Shown piece after piece: positions 30,207 through 39,616 of a stretch of 64,000 nucleotides of DNA. The DNA lies in assembly GCA_963760735.1 (NCBI GenBank), contig CAVXEB010000007.1, positions 149,600-213,599 on the forward strand, read 5' to 3'. The first letter of the stretch is position 1. Each line of letters begins with the position of its first letter. This DNA comes from an uncultured Chloroflexia bacterium (GTDB lineage Bacteria; Chloroflexota; Limnocylindria; Limnocylindrales; CSP1-4). The position numbers and the translations under genes were made by a program. The notes under the pieces were generated by a model. The model saw nothing but the letters and a program-made list of their open reading frames with translations, was not told the DNA's origin and did not search any database.

Positions 30207-31091
30207 ATGTCCACGGATGCCCTCGATTCCGAGCAGCGCTCGCGTCGAGCGTTGCTTGCCGCCGCGGCCGGAAGCGCCGCGGCCCTCGTCGCCGGCTCGC
30301 TCGTCCGGCCCTCGTCGGCAGATGCTGCGTCGGCAGCGCTGATGACGGAGGTCGACAACGCGACCGATGCCACGACGTCGATCACGTCAACGGTGAACGG
30401 CGAGACGTCGGTCGGCTTCGCAACGACGGTCGGCGACCAGGCGACGGCGCTCCAGGGAAACAGCCCAGGCGGGATCGGCGTGCAGGGCACGAACGACGCG
30501 TCGGGTGCCGGCGTCGTCGGCGACTCCGGGGGATCGGTCGGCGTCTTCGGCCGGACCGGCGACCCGAACGGCTTTCCGGGCATCGCCGGCACCACGGCCG
30601 GGGTCGTCGGCTATAGCGGCGTCGAATTCCAGCCCGGCGTCTTCGGAAGCGGTGACATCGGCGTCGAAGCCGCCGGATCCATCGGGACGTTCGCAGTGGG
30701 TGCGCCTGCGCTGGTCGGGATCGGAGACGGGCTCGGGCCTCCCGGTCAGTTCGGCTCCGGGATCTACGGGTATTCCGGTTCGGTCAGCCCGCCGGAGCCG
30801 CCCGACAACGTCGGCGTCTACGCCCGCGGGGACGGCACGGCGGTCGCGCTCAAGGTCCAGGGCAAGACCGCGTTCAGTCGCAGCGGACGGTCGTACGTCA
30901 GCTCCGGAGGGCGCTCCCGGTCGATCTCGGTCGCCGGCCTCACGTCCGCCAACCTCGTCCTGGTGACGCTCCAGACCTACCGGTCCGGCGTCTATCTGGC
31001 CGCGGCCGTTCCGACGACCGGGAAGTTCACCGTCTATCTGAACAAGACCGTGACGGGAACGACCTACTTCGCCTGGTTCATCATCAACTAG
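30207..31091 (+). CDS. Tat-signal secreted glycine-rich repeat protein, unknown function
   Basis: RRALLAAAAGSAAALVAGS twin-arginine-like signal. Central region of ~9-10-aa glycine-rich repeats (GVQGTNDASGAGVVGDSGGSVGVFG...). C-terminal beta-rich domain. Confidence 0.6.
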   Translation: MSTDALDSEQRSRRALLAAAAGSAAALVAGSLVRPSSADAASAALMTEVDNATDATTSITSTVNGETSVGFATTVGDQATALQGNSPGGIGVQGTNDASGAGVVGDSGGSVGVFGRTGDPNGFPGIAGTTAGVVGYSGVEFQPGVFGSGDIGVEAAGSIGTFAVGAPALVGIGDGLGPPGQFGSGIYGYSGSVSPPEPPDNVGVYARGDGTAVALKVQGKTAFSRSGRSYVSSGGRSRSISVAGLTSANLVLVTLQTYRSGVYLAAAVPTTGKFTVYLNKTVTGTTYFAWFIIN

Positions 31092-31462
31092 GCCGGATCC
31101 GATGAAGCGAGACGTCACGATCAAGGCGCTCCTCCAGCGAGAGCGTCGCCTCCGACCCGGGGGCGGCGCGGCGGCCCCGGCCGGCGTGTTCACGAGGGCC
31201 GTTCGCCGCCGGGTCACGGCTCCGGGTCGAACCCGGATCGGCAGCGTCGGCGACCGACGGGCGACCTGGCGCGCGACGATCGACCGGCTGTTGACGAGTC
31301 CTCGAGAGCGTCCGTAGGCCGTCTGTTCCTGGCGACTGGAGCGCCCGCGCCAGCCCGCGACGAGTGTCGAGCCCGACCCCACGACCACGAGTCGGGCTCG
31401 ATGTCCGTCCCCGCGTCGTGTTGGCGCACCGGGGTCGAATCGTTACACTGGCGGTCTCCCGA

Positions 31463-31538
31463 GCGGGAGTAACTCAGTTGGCAGAGTGTCAGCTTCCCAA
31501 GCTGAATGTCGCGGGTTCGAACCCCGTCTCCCGCTCCA
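31463..31538 (+). tRNA. tRNA-Gly (anticodon CCC)
   Basis: Cloverleaf folds by hand. Acceptor GCGGGAG/CTCCCGC; D-arm ACTC/GAGT; anticodon stem TCAGC/GCTGA with loop TTCCCAA; T-arm GCGGG-TTCGAAC-CCCGT; discriminator T; encoded CCA. Confidence 0.9.
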
Positions 31539-31709
31539 TTTCCTCAACTCGGCTTCCCGGCCCCTCTTCCTCCGCGACTTCGTCCGATCGACGCAGGAAC
31601 TCCGGGATGGACTCACCCCTGCCGGCGATCCCACCACCGTAACGGCGCGTTTCGTGCGGGCCCGGGACCGCCGAGGTGGCCGCTCCTCGACCCGTCAGCC
31701 GCCGTGGCA

Positions 31710-32894
31710 TCAGAGCGGATCTGGCGGTCGCTCGCCGGCGTCGAGCCGTTGCAGCTGTGCCGGCGTGAATGGCGGGTCGAACAGGAACGGTGATTCCTGG
31801 AAGCAACGGAACATCTCGGCGATGAACTGCACGCGATCATCGAGATCGGCCCAGTCGACGGCCCCGGATTCCCGCGGGTCATCACGCGTCGGATCGATCC
31901 GATCGAGAAGATCGCGGAGCTCGGGCAGGACGATTTCCCGGAGTGACGGCGGGAAATCGGCGACGAGGTCCTCGCCGAGCCGGAGGTGGACGGCGGTCCC
32001 GAGGTCGATGGACATGAGGTGTCCTGTCAGGACGCGTCGCACGAGCGCTTGCTCTTCGAGAACGAGCGCGTCGATGGCGAGATCGAGCAGCGTTCGTCGC
32101 CCGAGCAGCCGGGCGATCAACACACGCAGCCGAACGATCCAGCCGGCATCCGGAAAGAGTGCTGCGACGACGCGATCCCGCACGTCGCGGGGATCCACGA
32201 CGCCCGCGTTAAGCGCAGCCGCGATCTCGGGCTGGAGACGGGTCTGCTCGTGGAAGCCGATCTCGAGGTTGGCGAGCAGGACGAGCTGGGCGCGCGTCAT
32301 CGGGTCGACCTCGAAGCGCGCCTGCTGGTAGTGGACGAAGGCCTGGCGCAGGTAGCGCTGCCCTTCGGGCGGTTCGCCCGGCAAGAGACCCTCCACGAAC
32401 CGGGCGAGGGTGTCCGAGTCGACGGCCGCATCCCCGCCGCACTCGACGTCGAAGCGCGCGAACTCGCGGCCGATCTCCTCGAACACCCGAAGGTTGCCAC
32501 GGGCAACCGCCGCGCTCGCCCGATCCAGTGCGGCCGCAGGATCGATGACCTCCCGAACAGACCGGAGCGAGTCGCTGACAGAGATGCCCGCGCCGAATCG
32601 GCCTGCCTCCGTCATGACCTCGGTCGCGGCGCCCGTCGCGGCCGGTGAGGCTCGAAACGCCGCCTCGAGCGCGCGTTGGATGTCCTCCTTGCGGATCGTG
32701 CGTCCGGCCTGCTTCGACGCCCACGTCGCGTACGTGCACCAGTTGGCGACGGGCCCAAGGCGCGCCGCCGCCGCGTCCGAGAGATCGTGATAGGCCCGGG
32801 TGATCTGGAGGTTGCGGATCACGGGATCGGCGATGCCCGCGATGCGATCGATGTCCTCGGGGGTCCTGAGGCGGGAGAGCGATGGCGTCGACAC
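31710..32894 (-). CDS. hypothetical protein (394 aa), no family recognised
   Basis: Codon-usage-consistent ORF with conserved-looking motif ITRAYHDLS...ANWCTYATWASKQAG. Lies in the first cargo block after tRNA-Gly. Confidence 0.5.
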   Translation of the reverse strand: MSTPSLSRLRTPEDIDRIAGIADPVIRNLQITRAYHDLSDAAAARLGPVANWCTYATWASKQAGRTIRKEDIQRALEAAFRASPAATGAATEVMTEAGRFGAGISVSDSLRSVREVIDPAAALDRASAAVARGNLRVFEEIGREFARFDVECGGDAAVDSDTLARFVEGLLPGEPPEGQRYLRQAFVHYQQARFEVDPMTRAQLVLLANLEIGFHEQTRLQPEIAAALNAGVVDPRDVRDRVVAALFPDAGWIVRLRVLIARLLGRRTLLDLAIDALVLEEQALVRRVLTGHLMSIDLGTAVHLRLGEDLVADFPPSLREIVLPELRDLLDRIDPTRDDPRESGAVDWADLDDRVQFIAEMFRCFQESPFLFDPPFTPAQLQRLDAGERPPDPL

Positions 32895-32964
32895 GGCAGG
32901 CCCCGGAGTCTACCGGCCTTGACCATGCACCAAGGCGAGCCCATCTTGGGGCCATCCATTCCCT

Positions 32965-33678
32965 GTGGTCACGATCGAAGAGGGCTCGGGCTCGATGGAG
33001 CGTGACGATCCCGCCTACGCAGGCCAACGGGAATACTCACCGCAGTTCCTGAAGGTCTACGACCCCATCATCCTCGGCTTCTTCACCCGAGTCGTGTGGC
33101 GCTGCCCGACCATCCGACTGGTGGAGCCGTACCGGCGGTACATCGGCCACCGGCACCTGGACGTGGGTCCGGGGACGGGTTACTTCCTGGAACGGGCCGG
33201 CCTTCCTGACCACAGCCCGGTCACGCTCCTCGACCCGAATGCGCACGTCCTCGATCATGCATCTCGGCGCCTGCACCACCTCGACATCACGACCGTCGAA
33301 GCCGACGTCTGCAAGCCGCTTCCCGTCGATGGACCCTTCGACTCCGCCGCGCTGGCCGGCGTGCTCCACTGCCTTCCCGGACCGCTCTCGCGCAAGGCCG
33401 GGGCGGTGGCCAACGTCGCCGCGGTCCTCGCACCGACTGGCGTGCTGTTCGGCAGCTCGATCCTCGGCACCTCGGGGTCGCAGACGTGGCTGTCCCGGAG
33501 GGCGCTCGACGTCCTCAACCGACGCGGCACCTTCGACAACCTCGGGGACACGCAAGAGGGGCTCTCCGAGATCCTCCGGGCATCGTTCGATCAGGTCGAA
33601 CTCGAGACGATCGGCTCGATGGCGATCTTCGCGGCGACGAATCCGCGCACGAACTCGTCAACTATCGCGACACCATGA
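32965..33678 (+). CDS. class I SAM-dependent methyltransferase
   Basis: Motif I LDVGPGTGYF. Rossmann-fold methyltransferase length. Alternative start at 32995 (MERDDPAYAG). Confidence 0.7.
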   Translation: MVTIEEGSGSMERDDPAYAGQREYSPQFLKVYDPIILGFFTRVVWRCPTIRLVEPYRRYIGHRHLDVGPGTGYFLERAGLPDHSPVTLLDPNAHVLDHASRRLHHLDITTVEADVCKPLPVDGPFDSAALAGVLHCLPGPLSRKAGAVANVAAVLAPTGVLFGSSILGTSGSQTWLSRRALDVLNRRGTFDNLGDTQEGLSEILRASFDQVELETIGSMAIFAATNPRTNSSTIATP

Positions 33679-33692
33679 CTCTGCCTGATTCG

Positions 33693-33758
33693 CATGGTGA
33701 TCCACGCGTTGTCACATGGTGATCCACGCGTTGTCACATGGTGATCCACGCGTTGCAC
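33693..33758. repeat. 22-bp direct repeat catggtgatccacgcgttgtca, 2.9 tandem copies
   Basis: Read directly: catggtgatccacgcgttgtca | catggtgatccacgcgttgtca | catggtgatccacgcgttg(cacgc). Intergenic, immediately 5' of the tRNA-3'-half remnant at 33778. Confidence 0.85.
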
Positions 33759-33777
33759 GCACAGGCACCAGGGCTGG

Positions 33778-33813
33778 CTGAAAGTCGCGGGTTCGAACCC
33801 CGTCTCCAGCTCC
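33778..33813 (+). other. tRNA-Gly 3'-half remnant (att-like relic)
   Basis: ctgaaAgtcgcgggttcgaaccccgtctccAgctcc matches the T-arm and acceptor 3' strand of tRNA-Gly(CCC) at 31463 with 2 substitutions. No 5' half upstream. Confidence 0.6.
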
Positions 33814-33951
33814 TACATCCCTTTCTCGATCTCAAGGCGTCGAAGTGCGCGCTCACGACGACGTTCTGCTCGGAATCGTGGCCCTGGCGGTCCCGCTGCC
33901 GGAGGGCCGCCGACCGATCGCACGAGTCGATCGGGGCGAGTCCGGCGTGTG

Positions 33952-34632
33952 CTAGCCGTCGTCGTCTTCGAAATCCGGCCAGGCCGCGATGTCGACGCCG
34001 TGGTTCTCCGGCGAAGCGAGCGTCCACCAGTGGGGCGCGTGTGTCTCATCGGCCAGGCGTCCGCCCGCTGCGAGAGCCGCCGCGACTCTAGCATCCGCCT
34101 GATCTGCGGGCACGCTGACGTCGATGTGCGTACGGCCGCGGCCAGGCTTGGGAGGGTGCAGACGTTGGAACGAGACGTGTGGATTGCGTCTGTGTCGATC
34201 GACTACGTCCTCATCCGCGCCGAGGCTCTTGTACCCGAGTACGGCGGCCCAGAAAGGACCAACATCGCTGCCGGCATCCTGCGCCACGGCGATGCCTACT
34301 ACCTGGACCTGGGAGGGGTCTGGCTCGACCTGCAGCCTCCTGGCCTCGACCGAGATCCGGCGGGCCAGCTCAACATCGCGCTGGCTCAAGGCCCCGTACT
34401 CTCCGGAGGCTGTGCGGACAGTCACTCCCTCGGGCCGCAGGTCTACGTCGGGGAAGTGGCCAACAGCCTCGGCAACCTCGGCGATTGCCGCCACGAACCT
34501 GGCGCCATGCTCGAACGACCTGACGCGGAAGTAGGCGTGTGCGCCCGAGAACAGGACCCGCCAGTCCTCGACTCCGTCAGCGTCGTGCAGGGCTCGAGCC
34601 GTCGTTCTCTTCTCGTTCATCCGGGGAACCAT
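33952..34632 (-). CDS. fusion protein: pterin-4a-carbinolamine dehydratase (PCD/DCoH) domain + VOC/glyoxalase-like domain
   Basis: N-half EDWRVLFSG...FRVRSFEHGARFVAAIAEVAEAVGHFPDVDLRPEGVTVRTASGEYGALSQRDVELARRI fits the PCD signature. C-half ...WAAVLGYK...HIDVSVPADQADARVAAALAAGGRL is glyoxalase/VOC-like. Confidence 0.7.
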   Translation of the reverse strand: MVPRMNEKRTTARALHDADGVEDWRVLFSGAHAYFRVRSFEHGARFVAAIAEVAEAVGHFPDVDLRPEGVTVRTASGEYGALSQRDVELARRISVEARRLQVEPDPSQVQVVGIAVAQDAGSDVGPFWAAVLGYKSLGADEDVVDRHRRNPHVSFQRLHPPKPGRGRTHIDVSVPADQADARVAAALAAGGRLADETHAPHWWTLASPENHGVDIAAWPDFEDDDG

Positions 34633-34808
34633 AGCTCACATCGTGAGTGATTTCTGGCTACACCACCTCGCGGACCGCAGACGTTCACGACCCGCGGTAC
34701 GTAACTGGCGTTTGCCGACGGCCGACCTGTCGGCAAGGCCCGGCATGGCTCCGTCTGGCCCCCCGTTTGACCCCTTGACCCGGAACCCTCTGCAGCGAGG
34801 ACACGCTG

Positions 34809-35795
34809 CTTCCCAAGCTGAATGTCGCGGGTTCGAACCCCAGTCCTCCCGCTCCTCTTCCCTCGCCTGACGTTCGCCTGAGCGCGACCGCAGTCAGGGG
34901 AGCGGCTCGTAGACGAGCGTCCCCCCGTCCTCGAGGGTGATGGTCAGGGCGTTCGACGCAATCGCGTAGCTCGCGCTGTTCGTCAGGGCCAGCACGTACA
35001 GGTCGCCGTGGGACCCGTCACCGCAGGGCACGATCGCCGACGGCCCGGGCACGATCGACAGGCCGCCCGCCGCCGTCGCCGTCCACTGGCCGACGAGGGT
35101 GTTGCAGTCGGCGATCGCGCTGAACTGCCCGCCCGCCTTGAACGAGACGGTGTACTTCGAGCGCTCGGCGGCCGGGATGACGCCCTGATGCACGGGGTCG
35201 CGCGTGGTGATGCTGACGAGCTGCCAGTTCGTCCCGACCAGGTCGGCGCCCGGGCTCGGGGCGGGTGTCGGGGACGGCGTCGGCTTGGGCGTCGGGGTCG
35301 GTGTCGGGGTCGGGGTCGGGGTCGGTGTGGGCGTCGGTGACTTCGTGGGTGCCTCGGTCGGCTCCGTCGTCGGCGAGGCGGACGCGCTCGGCGGGGCCGA
35401 AGCGGTCACCGTGGGCGTCGGGCTCGCGGTCGGCGTGGCCGTCGGGGTCGGGCTCGGTGACGCGCTCGGTGACGGGCTCGCGCTGGCTGACGCGGAAGGC
35501 GACGAGCTGGCGCTGGGTGACGCCGAGGGACTCGGGACCACCGCCGTGCCGGAGCTCGCCACGAACGTGCCGGTCCCACCGTCGGCTGTCGTGAGCGTCA
35601 GCTGACCGCCGGCGATGACCCAGGTCGTCACATTCGCGAGCTCGTGGGCGAAGATGTCCCCGTACGACCCGTCCGGGCAGGCCACGAGCGTGCTTGGCCC
35701 GGGCGTGATCGTGATGCCGTCCTTGCCGCGCAGGCTGTAGGTCCCGGCCAGGGCATTGCAGTCCGCCCTGGCGCTGAACGTGCCGTCGGTGGCGA
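34809..35795. repeat. 985-bp direct repeat, copy A (100% identical to 45693-46679); begins with tRNA-Gly 3'-half remnant 34809-34855
   Basis: Identity starts exactly at cttcccaag (anticodon loop of tRNA-Gly CCC) and ends at ...tgccgtcggtggcga. ORFs in all frames translate identically in both copies. Offset 10884 bp. Confidence 0.9.
34894..35795 (-). pseudogene. 5'-truncated duplicate of the META-domain gene at 45778-46884
   Basis: C-terminal ~300 codons are identical to 45778-46677. The upstream part is replaced by unrelated sequence. It lacks the signal/TM segment and first META half, so it is probably non-functional. Confidence 0.7.
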
Positions 35796-35995
35796 GGCCC
35801 CGACCCCGCGATCCGCGGGTGGCGCAACCGCGCAACGTGTTCGCGACCCTTGACACGGTTGCACACGAGTGCATACACTCGTGTGCCGCAACGCGTGTTC
35901 GTTCCTGTAGCGGACCACGCGACGTCGTCGGCCCCGAGGCGTGGCGGTCAGTCGTTGCCGATGGACCGGTTGTCCATCGGCGCGAGGAGCGTCGG

Positions 35996-37501
35996 ATGAA
36001 GGTCCTGGCCGACCGCGAGGTCTGGCTCGTCACCGGCAGCCAAGCGCTCTACGGTGACGACGCCCTGCGCACCGTGGCCGAACACGCCATGGAGATCGGC
36101 AGTGCGCTCGACGCCGCCGATGTGATCCCGGTCCGGATCGTGACCAAACCCGTCGTCACGACCACGGAACAGATCCGGGGGGTCCTGCTCGAGGCGACCG
36201 CAGCGGCCCGTTGCATCGGTGTCATCGCCTGGATGCACACCTTCTCGCCCGCCCGGATGTGGATCCCGGGCCTGATCGCCCTGCAGAAGCCCCTCCTGCA
36301 CCTGCACACGCAGCACAACCGCGATCTCCCCTGGGCCGAGATCGACATGGATTTCATGAACCTCAACCAGTCGGCGCACGGCGATCGCGAGTTCGGCTAC
36401 ATCGAGACCCGCCTGCGATGCAGCCGGACCACCGTGGTCGGCCATTGGCGCGACCCCGAGGTCATCGATCGGATCGCCGCCTGGACCCGCGCCGCAAGCG
36501 GCGTCCACGAGCTCCAGCGTCTCCGACTCGCCCGCTTCGGCGACAACATGCGCCAGGTCGCGGTCACCGAAGGTGACAAGGTCGAGGCCCAGATCCGGCT
36601 CGGCGTCCGGGTCGACGGCTACGGCATCGGCGAGCTCGTCGCCGCGGTCAGGGCGGCTTCCGACGGGGACGTGGACCAGCTGGTCGACGAGTACGACGCG
36701 ACCTATCACCTGGCGCCAGCACTGCGCAGCGGCGGCGAACGTCGTTCGGCGCTCCGCGAGGCCGCCCGGATCGAGATCGGTCTTCGGGCGTTCCTCGAGA
36801 CCGGAGGCTTCGAAGCCTTCACGGACACCTTCGAGGATCTCGGCGACCTCGTTCAGCTCCCCGGACTCGCCGTCCAGCGCCTCATGGCCGACGGCTACGG
36901 CTTCGGTGCCGAGGGCGACTGGAAGACTGCCCTCCTCGTCCGGGCGATGAAGGTCATGGCGACCGGCCTGGCCGGCGGGACGTCGTTCATGGAGGACTAC
37001 ACCTACCACCTGGCGCCCGACGGACCGATGGTCCTGGGCGCCCATATGCTCGAGGTCTGCCCGAGCATCGCGGATGGGACCCCCTCGTGCGAGATCCATC
37101 CCCTGTCGATCGGCAATCGGTCGGACCCCGTCCGGCTCGTGTTCATGGCCCGGCCCGGGCCGGCCGTCGTCGTCGGCCTCCTCGATCTTGGTGATCGCTT
37201 CCGACTCGTCCTCAACGAGGTCGAGGTGGTCAGGCCTCCCGAGGACCTGCCGCGCCTGCCGGTCGCCCGCGCCCTCTGGAAGCCGCTTCCGGGGCTGAAA
37301 GGGGCGGCCGAGGCATGGCTGCTCGCGGGCGGCCCGCACCACACGAGCCTGAGCACCGCATTGAGCCGCACCCACCTCGAGGATTTCGCCGAGATGGTCG
37401 GCATCGAGCTCATCACCATCGGCCTGGGGACCGCGGCCACCGACATCAAGAAGGAGCTGCGCTGGAACCAGGCGTACTACCAGCTCGCCCGGGGGCCGTA
37501 G
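35996..37501 (+). CDS. araA: L-arabinose isomerase
   Basis: Start [20 protein letters not shown] (ATG 35996, GAGGAG 9 nt upstream). AraA-specific motifs [22 protein letters not shown], full ~500-aa length. Confidence 0.95.
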   Translation: MKVLADREVWLVTGSQALYGDDALRTVAEHAMEIGSALDAADVIPVRIVTKPVVTTTEQIRGVLLEATAAARCIGVIAWMHTFSPARMWIPGLIALQKPLLHLHTQHNRDLPWAEIDMDFMNLNQSAHGDREFGYIETRLRCSRTTVVGHWRDPEVIDRIAAWTRAASGVHELQRLRLARFGDNMRQVAVTEGDKVEAQIRLGVRVDGYGIGELVAAVRAASDGDVDQLVDEYDATYHLAPALRSGGERRSALREAARIEIGLRAFLETGGFEAFTDTFEDLGDLVQLPGLAVQRLMADGYGFGAEGDWKTALLVRAMKVMATGLAGGTSFMEDYTYHLAPDGPMVLGAHMLEVCPSIADGTPSCEIHPLSIGNRSDPVRLVFMARPGPAVVVGLLDLGDRFRLVLNEVEVVRPPEDLPRLPVARALWKPLPGLKGAAEAWLLAGGPHHTSLSTALSRTHLEDFAEMVGIELITIGLGTAATDIKKELRWNQAYYQLARGP

Positions 37502-37687
37502 GTCACGGGTGAGCTGCGGTCGGCAGTGGACGTCGTCGTCCGAGTCGACGAGACCCTGCCGCCGAACGACGATCAGGACGCGCCGGCCTGCGACACGGGC
37601 GGCGCGCAGAAGGGAGGTTCTGCGACTGGAGGAGACCTCAGACCCGGCATGTCGGGCAGTGTGATCAGGTGCTTGGAGGTTTTCGGG

Positions 37688-38731
37688 ATGATGAGACATG
37701 GCGCGCGACGTGGTGGGCTGGCGATCCTCGTGACCGCCATGCTCGTCGTGAGCGCATGCAACGCTTCGTCAACGCCGTCACCCGCCGCGAGCGGCGGCAC
37801 GGGGACGCCCGCCAGCGCGCAGTTCTGCTCTGGGGTGACCCTGGTGTTCTTCCCTGGTGGCACGGCGGGCGGCGGTTTCGAGACGGTCGTCTACAACGGT
37901 GCGAAGGCCGCCGAGGCGGCATTCGGGCCCAAGATCACGTACCAGTGGTCCGATTGGGACCCGAACAAGATGATCACCCAGTTCTCCCAGGCGATGGCGA
38001 CCAAGCCCGACGGCATCGCCGTCATGGGTCACCCCGGTGATGCAGCCTTCGACCCGCTCATCAAGCAGGCCGAGGACCAGGGCATCTTCGTGACTGTCAT
38101 GAACACCGAGCTCTCCAACGCCCAGACGGCCTACGCGACCAAGGGCCTCGGCTACGTCGGTGCGGTCCTCCACGACGCGGGCTCGGCGCTCGCCAACGAG
38201 GCCATCGCGCGTGGCGGGCTCAAGTCCGGGGACCGTGCCTTCGTCTGGGGCCTCAAGGCCCAGGCCGGGCGCGGCGAGCGGACGCAGGGGATCATCGACG
38301 CGCTCGACAAGGCGGGCCTGAAAGTCGACTACCAGGAGATCGACGACGCGACCAACAAGGATCCGGCCAGCGGGACGCCGGTGTTCACGGGCTACGCCTC
38401 TTCGCATGCTGACGTCAAGGCCATGTTCATCGACCACGGCAACCTGACGTCGACCATCCCCACCTACATGAAGGCCGCCAACCTCGCCGCCGGCAGCGTG
38501 TACATGGCCGGCTTCGACGCCTCTGCCGCGACGGTGAAGGGGATCCAGGACGGCTACATCAGCCTGGTCATCGACCAGCAGCAGTATCTCCAGGGCTTCA
38601 TGGCCGTCCAGCAGCTGTGCCTGACCAAGAAGTACGGCTTCAGCGGCCTCTTCATCAACACCGGTGGCGGCTTCGTCGACAAGTCCAACATCGACGCGAT
38701 CGCCCCGCTGGTGCAACAGCAGATCCGGTAG
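37688..38731 (+). CDS. sugar ABC transporter substrate-binding lipoprotein (periplasmic-binding-protein type I, ribose/arabinose class)
   Basis: Start MMRHGARRGGLAILVTAMLVVSAC (lipobox). RbsB/AraF-like fold. The 5' part of the ORF-track ORF is non-coding. Confidence 0.85.
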   Translation: MMRHGARRGGLAILVTAMLVVSACNASSTPSPAASGGTGTPASAQFCSGVTLVFFPGGTAGGGFETVVYNGAKAAEAAFGPKITYQWSDWDPNKMITQFSQAMATKPDGIAVMGHPGDAAFDPLIKQAEDQGIFVTVMNTELSNAQTAYATKGLGYVGAVLHDAGSALANEAIARGGLKSGDRAFVWGLKAQAGRGERTQGIIDALDKAGLKVDYQEIDDATNKDPASGTPVFTGYASSHADVKAMFIDHGNLTSTIPTYMKAANLAAGSVYMAGFDASAATVKGIQDGYISLVIDQQQYLQGFMAVQQLCLTKKYGFSGLFINTGGGFVDKSNIDAIAPLVQQQIR

Positions 38732-39616
38732 ATGAAGGTCTCTCCGGCGGATGACCGCCAGATTGGCGGGCGCGACAGCGCCCGCCAATCGGCTCCCGCC
38801 TCTCCGCCTCGCCTCGAGCTGCGCGGGGTCTCCAAGTCGTTCGGCGGCGTTCACGTCCTCGAGCGCATCGACTTCCGACTCGGCTCGAGCGAAGTGGTGG
38901 GCCTGCTCGGCGACAATGGCGCCGGCAAGTCCACCCTCATCAAGATCATCACCGGCGTCCATCAGCCCGACCATGGCGAGATCTTCTTCGGCGGCGAGCC
39001 GGTCCAGGGCCTCACCGTCGAGAAGGCGCGCGGTCTGGGCGTCGAGACCGTCTACCAGGAGCGGGCGCTGGCAGATCAGCAGCCGCTCTGGCGCAACATC
39101 TTCATGGGGCGGCCGCTGACCTATTCGCTCGGCTTCCTGCGGGTCGGCCAGATGCGCCGCATCACCGAGGAGCTCATGGGCGAGTCCATGGGCTTCACCT
39201 CGGCGGCCCTGACACCGAACACGACCGTCCTGGGCCTGTCGGGCGGCGAGCGGCAGGGCCTGGCGATCGTCAGGGCCCTCCACTTCGAAGCCGACATCAT
39301 CGTGCTCGACGAGCCGACGATGGGCCTGTCGCTGAAGGAAACCGAGAAGCTCCTCGGCTTCGTCGAGGGTATCCGGGCGGCGGGCAAGTCGGCGATCTTC
39401 ATCGACCACAACATCTTCCACGTGTACTCGGTTGCCGATCGAATCGTGGTGCTGGATCGGGGACGGGTCGCGGGCGAGTTTCCGACGTCGCGCTACTCCC
39501 TCGAGGAGCTCATGGACATCATGCGCGAGGTTGCGTCGAGCGGGACGTACACCGAGGCCGAGCGCTACCGGCCGCCGAGCCAGCCGGCCTCCGAACCTGC
39601 GGGGGGGCTCGCATGA
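38732..39616 (+). CDS. sugar ABC transporter ATP-binding protein (single NBD)
   Basis: Walker A GDNGAGKSTL, signature LSGGERQGLAIVRAL, Walker B IIVLDEPT, H-loop. Confidence 0.85.
   Translation: MKVSPADDRQIGGRDSARQSAPASPPRLELRGVSKSFGGVHVLERIDFRLGSSEVVGLLGDNGAGKSTLIKIITGVHQPDHGEIFFGGEPVQGLTVEKARGLGVETVYQERALADQQPLWRNIFMGRPLTYSLGFLRVGQMRRITEELMGESMGFTSAALTPNTTVLGLSGGERQGLAIVRALHFEADIIVLDEPTMGLSLKETEKLLGFVEGIRAAGKSAIFIDHNIFHVYSVADRIVVLDRGRVAGEFPTSRYSLEELMDIMREVASSGTYTEAERYRPPSQPASEPAGGLA

Noticed and set aside
33778-33813. Possible additional tRNA gene
   Set aside because: Only the T-arm and 3' acceptor strand are present. There is no matching 5' acceptor strand, D-arm or anticodon arm upstream, so it is treated as an integration relic.
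34862-34895. Inverted repeat cctgac...gtcagg after the tRNA remnant, and hairpin gaagacacc...ggtgtcgtctc at 44546-44572 after tRNA-Gly(TCC), as rho-independent terminators
   Set aside because: Stems are only 6 bp, with long or irregular loops and no U-tract. In a high-GC genome such palindromes occur by chance. Not reported as features.
35018-35878. 286-aa minus ORF; also 45902-47017 and the + strand ORFs 35204-35605 and 46088-46489
   Set aside because: Alternate frames within the 985-bp repeat, identical in both copies because the DNA is identical. Low-complexity translation. The real gene is the META-domain frame.
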